The position numbers were made by a program, and so were the translations under genes. Under the pieces are notes generated by a model. It made no database searches. It had not been told where the DNA came from and saw only the letters and a program-made list of their open reading frames with translations. DNA of 64,000 nucleotides. Origin: Myxococcota bacterium. GTDB taxonomy: Bacteria > Myxococcota_A > UBA9042 > PHBI01 > JAWLBL01. Below are positions 54,491 to 64,000 of the stretch, one piece after another. The stretch covers positions 98,676 through 162,675 of the forward strand of contig JAWLBL010000010.1 in the NCBI GenBank assembly GCA_041687695.1, in the 5' to 3' direction. Each line of letters starts with the position of its first letter. The first letter of the stretch is position 1.

Positions 54491-55570
54491 TCAGAACTCG
54501 CGATCGCGGGCGGCGCGGATCTCCTCGACGATGCCCTCGATGTGCACGAGGCCGCTGACGCCGCCGACGTCGTCGACGACGACCGCGGCGCGGCTGCGCT
54601 CCTTGCCCATGCGGGTCAGCAGCTCCTTGAGCGGGACGTCGGGGGCGATGGAGACGACGTTGCGGTCGATGAGCTCGTGCAGCGTGGGCGGCGCGGGCGG
54701 CGCGGCCTCGGAGGCCGGCGGGGCCTGGCCGGCGCGGGCGGCGGCGAGGAGGGGCTCTCGGTGGACGACGCCCAGGGCGCGGTCGCCGAAGGTGACGAGG
54801 AGGGCGCGCAGCTCGGGGCGGTCCTCGAGGGTGGCGGCGGCGGCATCGAGGGAGCTGGCGGCGCCGAGGATCTGCCCGAGGGGCTGCATGACGTCGCGGA
54901 CGGTGCGGCTGCCGATGATGTCCTGGATGATGACGTTGCGCTCCTCGGCGCTGGCGGCGATGAGGACGAAGGCGCCGATGAAGCCGAGCAGGACGTCCTC
55001 GTAGACGAAGGCGAGGACGACGAAGCCGATGGCGAAGAAGCGGCCGATGCGGGCGGCGGCGCGGGTGGCGCGGACGCGGCCCATCCAGTGGGTGAGGCCG
55101 GCGCGCAGGGCGCGGCCGCCGTCGAGCGGGAAGGCCGGGATGAGGTTGAACAGGCCCAGGATGAGGTTGAGCCAGGCGATCCAGACGAAGAGGGTGCCCT
55201 CGGTGACGAGGGTGAGGGCCCAGGAGACGGCGGCGAGGGCCAGGCTGACGGCGGGGCCGGCGAGGGAGATGGCGAGGTCGTGGGAGGGGCGCTTGGGCTC
55301 CTCGGCGAGCATGGCGGCGCCGCCGATGGGGAGCAGGACGATCTCGCGGGTGCGGACGCCGAAGCGGCGGGCGGTGAGGGCGTGGCCGAGCTCGTGCAGC
55401 AGGACCGAGCCGAAGATGAGCGCGGCGACGACGATGACGCCGACGAAGCCGGACAGGCCGCGCCCGTCGCTGGCGACCCACAGGCCGATCATCGCCAGCA
55501 GGATGATGAGCGTGAGGTGGATGCGGACGGGGATGCCGAAGAGGCGCCCGATGGGCAGGGACCAGGTCAT
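54491..55570 (-). CDS. Site-2 protease (M50) with CBS domains
   Basis: HELGH, AGP, NLIPAFPLDGGR, VRDVM. Confidence 0.93.
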   Translation of the reverse strand: MTWSLPIGRLFGIPVRIHLTLIILLAMIGLWVASDGRGLSGFVGVIVVAALIFGSVLLHELGHALTARRFGVRTREIVLLPIGGAAMLAEEPKRPSHDLAISLAGPAVSLALAAVSWALTLVTEGTLFVWIAWLNLILGLFNLIPAFPLDGGRALRAGLTHWMGRVRATRAAARIGRFFAIGFVVLAFVYEDVLLGFIGAFVLIAASAEERNVIIQDIIGSRTVRDVMQPLGQILGAASSLDAAAATLEDRPELRALLVTFGDRALGVVHREPLLAAARAGQAPPASEAAPPAPPTLHELIDRNVVSIAPDVPLKELLTRMGKERSRAAVVVDDVGGVSGLVHIEGIVEEIRAARDREF

Positions 55571-55720
55571 GGGGTGTCCTCAGGGTCGGCGGGAAGGGGG
55601 CATGAGGTCAAACACGAAGCGCCCGGGTCCGCATTTCGGCGGGTCGGCGCGGTCGGACGGGGAGGGCGGGCGCGCCTCGCTGTTGACGCGCCGGGCTCCG
55701 CGGTGCGAGAAGCCGGGCCC

Positions 55721-56860
55721 ATGAGCTCGGGCCGCCGGATCGATCGGGATGTCGAGGGCGCGTCGCCGCGCGGACCGTGGGCGGACGTGCCCGACGCGCT
55801 CTGGACCGACTGGCGCTGGCAGCAGCAGCACCGCGTGCGTACCCTGGCCGACCTCGAGCGCGTCATCCGGGTGACCGACGCCGAGCGCGCGGCCTTCGAG
55901 GCGACCGCCGGCCGCTTCAACGTGGCCATCACGCCCTACTACGCCGCGCTGATGGCCGCCGACGACCCGCGCTGCCCGGTGCGCCTGCAGGCCGTCCCGC
56001 AGCCCGAGGAGCTGGTCGTCGCCGAGACCGATCTGGCCGACCCGCTGGGCGAGGAGCGCTTCATGCCGGTCCCCGGCGTGACGCACCGCTACCCCGACCG
56101 GGTGCTCTTCTACGTCACCCACCACTGCCCGGTGTACTGCCGCCACTGCACGCGCAAGCGCAAGGTCGCCGACCCCACCTCGGCCGCCTCGCACGCGCAG
56201 CTCGAGCAGGGCCTGTCCTACATCCGCGCCCACGACGAGATCCGCGACGTCCTGGTCTCGGGCGGCGACCCGCTGACCTTCTCGGACGACCGCCTCGACG
56301 CCCTGCTGGCCGCCCTGCGCGACATCCCGCACGTCGAGGTCATCCGCCTGTGCACGCGCAACCCGGTCACCCTGCCGTTCCGCTTCACGCCCGAGCTCGT
56401 CGCGCGCCTGCGCCGCCACCAGCCCCTGTTCGTGCACACGCACTTCAACCACCCGCGCGAGTGCACGCCCGAGGCCGCCCGCTGCCTGCGCGCCCTGGCC
56501 GACGCCGGCCTGAACGTCGCCAACCAGATGGTCCTGCTGCGCGGCGTCAACGACGACGCCGACCTCGTCCGCCAGACCAACCACTGGCTGCTGCGCCAGC
56601 GCTGCCGGCCCTACTACCTGTTCCAGGCCGATCTGGCCGAGGGCATCAGCCACTTCCGCACGCCCATCGACGTCGGCCTCGACATCATCCGCGCCCTGCG
56701 CGGCCACACCTCGGGCATGGCCGTGCCGCACTTCGTCATCGACGCCCCCGGCGGCGGCGGCAAGATCCCGCTGGTCCCCGAGTACGTGCTGTCCCGGGAC
56801 GACCGGCGCCTGACCTTCCGCAACTACCTGGGCGAGGTCTACGAGTACCCGGTCGAGTGA
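55721..56860 (+). CDS. kamA: KamA-family radical SAM enzyme (lysine 2,3-aminomutase-like)
   Basis: HRYPDRVL, CPVYCRHCTR, SGGDPL, HFNHPRE, DAPGGGGKIP. Confidence 0.93.
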   Translation: MSSGRRIDRDVEGASPRGPWADVPDALWTDWRWQQQHRVRTLADLERVIRVTDAERAAFEATAGRFNVAITPYYAALMAADDPRCPVRLQAVPQPEELVVAETDLADPLGEERFMPVPGVTHRYPDRVLFYVTHHCPVYCRHCTRKRKVADPTSAASHAQLEQGLSYIRAHDEIRDVLVSGGDPLTFSDDRLDALLAALRDIPHVEVIRLCTRNPVTLPFRFTPELVARLRRHQPLFVHTHFNHPRECTPEAARCLRALADAGLNVANQMVLLRGVNDDADLVRQTNHWLLRQRCRPYYLFQADLAEGISHFRTPIDVGLDIIRALRGHTSGMAVPHFVIDAPGGGGKIPLVPEYVLSRDDRRLTFRNYLGEVYEYPVE

Positions 56861-56864
56861 CCCC

Positions 56865-58964
56865 TCAGGTGCCCGGGGGCTGGCCCCACCCGCGCGGGTT
56901 CTTGACGGTCCGGTACTTGGTCACGTGGAAGCGGGCGTCGTTGAGGAACTTGCGCAGCGGGCGCTTGCCGCGGTCCGACGGGTGCCACTGGTGCAGCATC
57001 GCCGTGCGGTCGTGCACCCAGCGCACCTCGAGCCCGGCCCGCTTCGCGCGAAAGAGCATGTCGTTGTCCTCCATGCCCCAGAACACGTACCTCTCGTCGT
57101 AGCCCTGCACGCGCTCGAAGTGGTCGCGGCGGGCCATCTGGCAGGCCCCGGTCCCCAGGGTCGGCCGCCAGGACGAGCGCGCGAGCAGCGTCGGCCAGTC
57201 CTCGCGCGTCCAGGCCTGCTCGGGCACGTCCTCGGGCAGATCGCGGCAGCGGCAGACGACCATGGCGCGGCCGCCCGCCATCGCCTGCTCGGCGAGCAGG
57301 GACGACAGGAAGTCGGGCGCGAAGATCATGTCGGCGTCGGTGCACAGCACGAACTCGCCGCGCGCCTGGCGGATGGCGAGGTTCAGCGCGTGCGAGCGGT
57401 TCCAGACGGTGTCGACGTCGGTCGAGACGACGCGGGCGCCGTGCTCGGCGGCGAGGGCCGCGAGGGACGCAGCGTGCTCGGGGGCGCTGCCGTAGTCGCT
57501 GATCAGGACCTCGTAGCGGTCGCTGGGGAGGTCCTGCCAGCGCAGCGAGCGCAGGCAGTTGGCGACGCGGTCGCCCGAGCGGTTGCGGATGGGGATGACG
57601 ACCGACAGGGCCGGACGCGCGGGCGCGGCCTCGGGCGCAGGGCGAGCCGTCCGCGAGCGTTCCGGGCGAGCCTCGGCGGCCAGCGTGTCGAGCAGCTCGG
57701 CCAGCTGGCGCGCGGTGTTGCGGGCCGAGTAGCGATCGACGGCCTCGGGGTCCGGCGTGGTCACGGGCAGCCCCGAGGCGCGGGCGGCGACCACGCGCGC
57801 GACGGCGTCGACCGCGGCCTCGAGGTCGTCGGGGCCGACCGAGAGGCCGGCCTTCGTGTCGGCGATGATGCCGGTCAGCTCGGACGGCTGGCTGACGCAC
57901 AGGATGGGCGCGCCGGTCAGCAGGTAGTCGTAGAGCTTGGCGGGCAGGTACAGGGTCTCGTCGCCGTAGGCGAGCAGGATCTGCGCGTCGGCGGCGGCCA
58001 GGATGGACAGGCCCTCGTCGTAGGGCACGAAGGGCCGTGACTCGAGCTGGTCCGACACGCCCAGGGAGCTGGCGAGGTGGAGGTCCTCCTCGGCGGGGCG
58101 GCCGAGGTTGAGCAGGCGCAGGCGGTCGGGGCCGAGCCCGTCGCGGCCGCGCAGGACGGCGAGCGCGCGCAGGAGGGTCGCGAGGCGGCGCGGGCCGTAG
58201 CAGTTGCCGAAGTGGACCAGGGTGACCGGGCCGTCGGGCGGGGCCGAGGGGCGGGCGGGGCGCTGGGCGGGGTCGAAGGCGTTGGTGATGCTGAGGAAGT
58301 GCTCGGGGCCCAGCTCGGGGTAGCGGGCGCGATAGGCGTCGGCGGCGCTCTCGCAGGTCAGGGTCACGCGGTCGGCCTGCTGGAAGAGCCACCGCTCGAG
58401 GCGGGCCTCGACCTGGCGCACCCACGAGGGCTTGCGCGCCTGGAAGAAGTTGAGGGTCCAGGGGTCGCGCAGATCGAGGCAGAGCGGGACGCCGGCGGCG
58501 GCGCGGGCCATGGCGCCGTACAGGAGCGCCGAGTAGGGGCTGGAGCTGGCGACGATGGCGTCGGGGCGCTCGGCCGCGACGAGCTGGCGCACGGTCATCG
58601 CCATGTGCGGCGTCGTCAGCAGGTCGTCGCCGACGGGCATGCGGACCTGGCGCTCGAGCCAGCCCAGCGGGCCGGCGGCGCGCTTGGGGAGCGCGGCGCG
58701 CGTGGGCGCGGCGACGGTGCCGTCGGAGTCCTTGCCGGCGGCCTGGGGCCACCAGCCCGGGTAGTAGGTCCGGTGGAGGGTCACCTCGGGCGGCAGCCCG
58801 GCGCCCGCGGTGGGGTCGAGCTTGGCGTCCGGCGGGATGGGCGCGGTGACGACGACCGGGCGCCAGCCGAACTCGGGCAGGTAGCGGGCGAAGCGGTAGG
58901 CGCGCTTGCCGCCGACGGCGAAGCTCGGCGGGAAGAAGCGCGAGAAGTACAGGACCGTGCGCAA
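56865..58964 (-). CDS. Bifunctional glycosyltransferase (GT4-like plus GT2-like)
   Basis: FPPSFAVGGKR, DLRDPW, PAKLYDY; then SVVIP, SDYGS, TDAD, GYDERYVFWGMEDND; TTG start after AGGAG. Confidence 0.85.
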   Translation of the reverse strand: MRTVLYFSRFFPPSFAVGGKRAYRFARYLPEFGWRPVVVTAPIPPDAKLDPTAGAGLPPEVTLHRTYYPGWWPQAAGKDSDGTVAAPTRAALPKRAAGPLGWLERQVRMPVGDDLLTTPHMAMTVRQLVAAERPDAIVASSSPYSALLYGAMARAAAGVPLCLDLRDPWTLNFFQARKPSWVRQVEARLERWLFQQADRVTLTCESAADAYRARYPELGPEHFLSITNAFDPAQRPARPSAPPDGPVTLVHFGNCYGPRRLATLLRALAVLRGRDGLGPDRLRLLNLGRPAEEDLHLASSLGVSDQLESRPFVPYDEGLSILAAADAQILLAYGDETLYLPAKLYDYLLTGAPILCVSQPSELTGIIADTKAGLSVGPDDLEAAVDAVARVVAARASGLPVTTPDPEAVDRYSARNTARQLAELLDTLAAEARPERSRTARPAPEAAPARPALSVVIPIRNRSGDRVANCLRSLRWQDLPSDRYEVLISDYGSAPEHAASLAALAAEHGARVVSTDVDTVWNRSHALNLAIRQARGEFVLCTDADMIFAPDFLSSLLAEQAMAGGRAMVVCRCRDLPEDVPEQAWTREDWPTLLARSSWRPTLGTGACQMARRDHFERVQGYDERYVFWGMEDNDMLFRAKRAGLEVRWVHDRTAMLHQWHPSDRGKRPLRKFLNDARFHVTKYRTVKNPRGWGQPPGT

Positions 58965-58998
58965 CCGGGGGCTCCTGGGCGAGGCGGCGCGCGCCGCC

Positions 58999-59574
58999 TC
59001 AGTGGATGGCGCAGCGAATGGGGCCGTCGTCGACGAGGGCGGCCTCGAGCGCGTCGAGCTCGGACAGGCGCGCGTCGACGGCCTCGCGGTCGGGGCCCAG
59101 CTCGCGGGCCAGCTTGAGGAAGAGGTGGCCGTGGTTGGCCTCGGAGCGGGCGAAGCGGCGGAACATCTCGGCCAGCTCCGGATCGGGGTGGTGCTCGCCG
59201 AGCAGGCGCAGGCGCTCGCAGCTGCGGGCCTCGATGAGGGCGCTGACGAGCAGGCGATCGATGAGCGCGTCGGGGTTGCCGGGGCGGACCTGCGCGATGA
59301 GCGCGCGGGCGTAGGGGTCGCCGCGGTCGGGGCCCAGGCGCACGCCGCGCGCGACGAGCCGCGCGTGGACCTCGGCGAAGTGGCCCAGCTCCTCTTGCGC
59401 CAGCTCGGCCATGGCGGCGACCAGGCCGCTCGCCTCGGGGTGGCGCTGGATGAGCGCCAGGGCCGAGGCGGCCGCCTTCTTCTCGCAGTGGGCGTGATCC
59501 TGGAGCAGCGTGTCCGTGTCCGAGAGGGCACAGGCGAGCCAGGCCTCGTCGCGGACGCTCCGTCGGGCTCTCAT
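58999..59574 (-). CDS. miaE: tRNA-(ms2io6A) hydroxylase MiaE
   Basis: DHAHCEKKAA, EELGHF, IEARSCER, SEANH. Confidence 0.92.
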   Translation of the reverse strand: MRARRSVRDEAWLACALSDTDTLLQDHAHCEKKAAASALALIQRHPEASGLVAAMAELAQEELGHFAEVHARLVARGVRLGPDRGDPYARALIAQVRPGNPDALIDRLLVSALIEARSCERLRLLGEHHPDPELAEMFRRFARSEANHGHLFLKLARELGPDREAVDARLSELDALEAALVDDGPIRCAIH

Positions 59575-59828
59575 GCGCGGGACGGTGACACAGAACCCTG
59601 CGTGGCTTCAAGGAGATCGGTGGGCGGAGGCGCGAGGGCGCGGACGCCGCCCCGGACGGGGCCCCGGCGGTGACAGGCCCTGACAGCCGCCGGCCCCAGC
59701 GGGGACGGACGGGCGTGCGCGGCCGCGTGACAACCGCTGGCGTCACAAGGTGTTCGGCGGCTCTGGCGCGCCGCCACGTCGCTTGGTACGTTGCAGCCGT
59801 CTTCGGGGAGACCGCAGGAGGTCCGCGT

Positions 59829-62800
59829 ATGTGTGTGAAGCGTCTCGGCCCGTCCGCGCTGGCGGCCGTCCTGCTCGTCGGGTGCATCGACGGGGGCCGG
59901 CTGACGGTGGACCTGCCCGACACGTACCTCGGCGAGTACGACATCAAGCTCCCCGAGGTCGAAGACGCCGACGCCGAAGGCGACGGAGCGGGCGACGTCG
60001 AGGCGGACGCCCCCGCCGACGCGGCCGACGTCAGCGACGCGACGGACGCCGCCGAGGCCGAGGTCACGCCGGACACCTGCCAGCCCGGCGAGCCGGGGTG
60101 CGACGCGTGCGGCGTCGACGCCGACTGCGCGCCCCTCGACGACGGCGACCTGTGCAACGGGCGCTGGGTCTGTCAGGGCGGGCAGTGCGTCCAGGACACC
60201 ACGAAGGTCACCTGCGGGGCCCCGCCGAGCCCGGTGGGTTCGTGCGAGGTCTTCGCCTGCGTCCCGTCGACCGGCGAGTGCGCGGTCGTGGCGCGCCCCA
60301 ACGGCGTCGCCTGCAACGACGGCGACCCGTGCACACCCGGCGACCACTGCGCCGGGGGGCAGTGCGTCTCGGGCCCGCGCATCTACTGCGACGACGGCGA
60401 CCCCTGCACGACCGACTCGTGCAAGGGGGGCGCCTGCCAGTACACGGTCAAGGCCGGCGCCGCCTGCGACGACGGCAACGTCTGCACCACCGACGACGCG
60501 TGCAACAGCGCCGGGCAGTGCCGCGGGCTGTTGTCCCAGTGCGGGTGCAGCGCCGACGCCGACTGCGCACAGTTCGACGACGGCAACCCCTGCACGGGCC
60601 AGGTCAAGTGCGTGACGGGCGAGTGCCGCGTGGATCTGGCCACGATCCCGCTGTGCGCCGGCAAGGCCGAGTCGGGCTGCCACGTCGCCCTGTGCAACCC
60701 GGCGACCGGCGCCTGCGAGAGCGAGCCCGTGGCCGACGGCGCGGGCTGCAACGACGGCGACCCGTGCACCGTCGCGGACGCGTGCACCGGCGGCGTGTGC
60801 GCGGGCGTCGCGCTGCCTTGCGACGGCGGGCCCTGCGTCGACGCGGCGTGCGACCCGGCGTCGGGCGCCTGCGTCGCCGCCCCGAACGACCTCGGCGGCT
60901 GCGAGTGCCAGGCCGACGCGGACTGCGCGGCCCTCGACGACGGCGACGCCTGCAACGGGACCCTCGTCTGCCTCGCCGGGCGCTGCACGGTGGACGTGGG
61001 GTCGGTCGTGCGGTGTCCGGCCTCTGGGCCGTGCGTCACCGTGGCGTGCGATCCCGGGTCCGGCGAGTGCGTGATCGACCAGGCCTCCGACGGAGCCGCG
61101 TGCGACGACGGGGACCCGTGCACGACCGGTGACGCCTGCGCCGACGGCGAATGCGTGGGCGCGGCGGCGACCTGCGCGGCCGGCGACGCCTGCAACGCCA
61201 GCGTGTGCCATCCCTTCGCCGGTTGCCGGACCCACACCCTGGGCGGGGCCTGCGACGACGGCGACGCCTGCTCGCAGGACGGCTGCCTGGCGGGGGCGTG
61301 CGCGACCGGGATGGTCAAGGCGTGCCCGGACGTCGGCCAGTGCCAGCTGGGGGTGTGCGACACCCTGACCGGCGCGTGCGGGACCGTGGCCAACGAGGGC
61401 GCCTGCGACGACGGCAACGCCTGCACGGTGAACGACGTGTGCACCGGCGGCACCTGCGTCGGCGAGCTTCGCTTCTGCGATGACGGCAACCCCTGCACGA
61501 CCGACAGCTGCGACCCGGCGACGGGCTGCGTGCACACGCCCAACGGGCACACCTGCGACGACGGCAATCCGTGCACCACCGGCGACGTGTGCTCGCAGGG
61601 CGTCTGCGCGGGCAGCGGTTCGTGCGAGTGCGACGCGGCCATCGACTGCGCCGCCTACGACGACGACGATCTCTGCAACGGCAACCTCACGTGTCAGGGC
61701 GGCAAGTGCGTCGTGGCGGCCGGCACCGTCGTCGAGTGCGACCCGACCGGCAACACGCCCTGCGCCGCCAACACCTGCCAGCCGGCCACGGGCGCGTGCG
61801 TGATGACCCCGCGCGGCCAGGGCGTCGCGTGCGACGACGGTGACGCGTGCACCTCGGGGGACGCGTGCTCGGGCGGCGCCTGCGTGGGCCTGCCGCGGGC
61901 GTGCGACGACGGCAACCCGTGCACGTTCGACAGCTGCGACCCGGCTTCGGGCTGCGTGCACACGCCTACGACGGGCGGGCCCTGCGAGGACGGCAACGCG
62001 TGCACGACGGACGCGACCTGCCAGGACGGCGTGTGTGGCGGCGGCACCAACGGCTGCGCGACCTGCGCGGTCGACGCCGACTGCGCGGCGCACGACGACG
62101 GCAACAAGTGCAACGGCGCGGTCCGCTGCCTGGGGGGCCAGTGCGTCGTCGACCCGGCCACGGTGGTGACCTGCGCGCCCGATGGGAACTTCTGTACCGA
62201 CCGCAAGTGCAACCCCGCGACGGGCGCCTGCGAGACGGTGGCCGTCAACGGCGGCCTCGCCTGCGAGGACGGCAACGGCTGCACGATCGGCGACAAGTGC
62301 GTGGGCGGCGGGTGCATCGGCCTCGCCCGCGACTGCGACGACGGGGTCGCCTGCACCAAGGACTCGTGCAGCGCGGCGACCGGCGCCTGCGTGCACGAGC
62401 CGCAGAACGTGACGTGCAGCGACGGCAACGCCTGCACGACGACGGACAGCTGCCAGGGCGGCGTGTGCGTCGGCGCCAACAACACGTGTGTGTGCGTGCA
62501 GGACTCGGACTGCGACGGCTACCCGCTCGACCGCTGCCAGGGCGAGTACGCTTGCGTCGCTGGCGGCTGCGTGCTGGTTCCGGGCACCGCGCCTTCCTGC
62601 GGGACCGAGCAGGACTCGCCGTGCAGCTATCAAGGGTGCGACCCGGCGACCGGCCAGTGCACGGTCATCGATCTCTCGACGGGCGCCGAGTGCGACGACG
62701 GCGACGCCTGCACCGTCACCGACCGCTGCGGGGCCGACAAGGTCTGCGGCGGCGCGGCGCGGGTGTGCGACGACGGCAACCCCTGCACGGTCGACACCTG

Positions 62801-64000
62801 CGACCCGCTCGTCGGCTGCGTGTTCACGCCGGTCGCGACCGGGACCGCCTGCGACGACGGCGACGCCTGCACCGCCGGGTCGACCTGCAGCGCGGCGGGC
62901 GTCTGCGGCGGCGGCAGCAACACCTGCTCGTGCTCGAAGACGTCGGACTGCCCGGCGCTGACCACGGCCTGCGGCGGGACCTACACCTGCACGGCCGGCA
63001 AGTGCGTCAAGGGGGCCAAGGTCGTGTGCCCCGACTCGGGCAACCCGTGTCGGCCCAACGTCTGCGTGCCCACCACCGGTCAGTGCATCGCGGTCAACGC
63101 GCCGAACGGCTCGACCTGCGCGGACGGCGACCTGTGCACCGTCGACGACGCGTGCGTGGCCGGCAAGTGCACCGGCAAGAAGGCCAGCTGTGACGACGGC
63201 AACCCCTGCACGGCGGACAGCTGCGCGGGCGGCCTGTGCGTCCACACGCCGCTGTCGGGCGGCAGCTGCGACGACGGCGACCTCTGCACCGTCCTGACGA
63301 CGTGCAGCGCCGGCATCTGCGGCGGTGGCCTCGACAAGTGCAACTGCTCGAACGACACGCAGTGCGCCACCATCGACCCGAACAAGTGCGGCGACACGTG
63401 GGCCTGCGTGGACAACTACTGCCAGCAGGTTCCCGACTCGGCGCCCAAGTGCGTGGACGAGGACCCGAACGACTGCGTCGTGACGGCCTGCTCGCCCAGC
63501 ACCGGCCAGTGCGTGTCGACGCCGCGCCCGAACGGCAGCGCCTGTAGCGACGGGACCGTCTGTACGGGGCCCGACACCTGCAACGCCGGCGTGTGCACCG
63601 GGACCACGCTGGTGGCCTGCGCGGACCCCGACCCCGACGACTGCCTCGAGGTCTACTGCCACCCGACGCTGGGCGGGTGCCTGGTGCGCCCGCGCCCGGA
63701 CGGCGCGACGTGCTCGGACGACGACGCGTGCACGACGGACGAGCGCTGCGTCGCCGGCTCCTGCCAGGGTGAGCTGGTCGACTGCGAGGACGGCAACCCG
63801 TGCACCGAGACGAGCTGCAGCGCCGAGCTCGGCTGCGTGACCAAGCCGCTGTACGGCGCGTGCGACGACGGCAACCCGTGCACCGACGGGACCCTGTGCG
63901 ACAACGGCCAGTGCAAGGGCGGCGTGAAGACCTGCGGCTGCACCGGCGACGAGGACTGCGCCGACCTGGCCGGCGGCGACCTGTGCGCCGGCGTGTGGAC
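59829..64000 (+). CDS. Giant Cys-rich repeat lipoprotein (about 1390 aa in window, truncated)
   Basis: AGGAGG RBS, MCVKRLGPSALAAVLLVGC lipobox, many CDDG(N/D)(P/A)CT..D.C repeats; frame checked at both ends; absent from ORF track because no stop falls in the window. Confidence 0.9.
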   Translation, partial: MCVKRLGPSALAAVLLVGCIDGGRLTVDLPDTYLGEYDIKLPEVEDADAEGDGAGDVEADAPADAADVSDATDAAEAEVTPDTCQPGEPGCDACGVDADCAPLDDGDLCNGRWVCQGGQCVQDTTKVTCGAPPSPVGSCEVFACVPSTGECAVVARPNGVACNDGDPCTPGDHCAGGQCVSGPRIYCDDGDPCTTDSCKGGACQYTVKAGAACDDGNVCTTDDACNSAGQCRGLLSQCGCSADADCAQFDDGNPCTGQVKCVTGECRVDLATIPLCAGKAESGCHVALCNPATGACESEPVADGAGCNDGDPCTVADACTGGVCAGVALPCDGGPCVDAACDPASGACVAAPNDLGGCECQADADCAALDDGDACNGTLVCLAGRCTVDVGSVVRCPASGPCVTVACDPGSGECVIDQASDGAACDDGDPCTTGDACADGECVGAAATCAAGDACNASVCHPFAGCRTHTLGGACDDGDACSQDGCLAGACATGMVKACPDVGQCQLGVCDTLTGACGTVANEGACDDGNACTVNDVCTGGTCVGELRFCDDGNPCTTDSCDPATGCVHTPNGHTCDDGNPCTTGDVCSQGVCAGSGSCECDAAIDCAAYDDDDLCNGNLTCQGGKCVVAAGTVVECDPTGNTPCAANTCQPATGACVMTPRGQGVACDDGDACTSGDACSGGACVGLPRACDDGNPCTFDSCDPASGCVHTPTTGGPCEDGNACTTDATCQDGVCGGGTNGCATCAVDADCAAHDDGNKCNGAVRCLGGQCVVDPATVVTCAPDGNFCTDRKCNPATGACETVAVNGGLACEDGNGCTIGDKCVGGGCIGLARDCDDGVACTKDSCSAATGACVHEPQNVTCSDGNACTTTDSCQGGVCVGANNTCVCVQDSDCDGYPLDRCQGEYACVAGGCVLVPGTAPSCGTEQDSPCSYQGCDPATGQCTVIDLSTGAECDDGDACTVTDRCGADKVCGGAARVCDDGNPCTVDTCDPLVGCVFTPVATGTACDDGDACTAGSTCSAAGVCGGGSNTCSCSKTSDCPALTTACGGTYTCTAGKCVKGAKVVCPDSGNPCRPNVCVPTTGQCIAVNAPNGSTCADGDLCTVDDACVAGKCTGKKASCDDGNPCTADSCAGGLCVHTPLSGGSCDDGDLCTVLTTCSAGICGGGLDKCNCSNDTQCATIDPNKCGDTWACVDNYCQQVPDSAPKCVDEDPNDCVVTACSPSTGQCVSTPRPNGSACSDGTVCTGPDTCNAGVCTGTTLVACADPDPDDCLEVYCHPTLGGCLVRPRPDGATCSDDDACTTDERCVAGSCQGELVDCEDGNPCTETSCSAELGCVTKPLYGACDDGNPCTDGTLCDNGQCKGGVKTCGCTGDEDCADLAGGDLCAGVW

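Noticed and set aside
55721..56860. EF-P beta-lysylation (epmB) locus
   Set aside because: No efp or epmA adjacent; only a family-level KamA call is supported

Overview
Very GC-rich bacterial DNA; gene content and style suggest Myxococcota (inference). The window is mostly core metabolism: an alternative complex III plus A2-type caa3 cytochrome c oxidase supercluster with SCO proteins and heme O synthase (9.4-25.0 kb), tsaC, tRNA-Lys/tRNA-Glu, lepA and a lepB-pyrR-pyrB-pyrC'-carA operon, an S1-domain protein, a lyase/acyl-CoA dehydrogenase/double-MaoC operon resembling the C5 half of the ethylmalonyl-CoA pathway, an exonuclease plus ATP-dependent ligase pair, an ABC transporter, glycosyltransferases, KamA, MiaE, and the start of a giant Cys-rich lipoprotein running off the end. 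No CRISPR array, rRNA, transposase or prophage is visible. The most unusual items: (1) a CarH/LitR-like MerR regulator that has lost its B12 ligands, has CarH-type operator repeats over the promoter of a divergent methyltransferase, and carries a 24-bp-periodic TGGACA array inside its own CDS; (2) two MITE-like inserts with terminal inverted repeats, one with an exact 5-bp target duplication, in the loops of tandem REP-like hairpins; (3) a frameshifted four-helix-bundle gene whose RBS lies in a ~28-bp hairpin; (4) CACGGC-type repeat tracts bracketing the C5 operon; (5) probable pseudoenzymes (SerA-like, PyrC'); (6) an 8-Cys protein heading the ctaB-sco operon. All family calls come from motifs recognised by eye; no database search was run.
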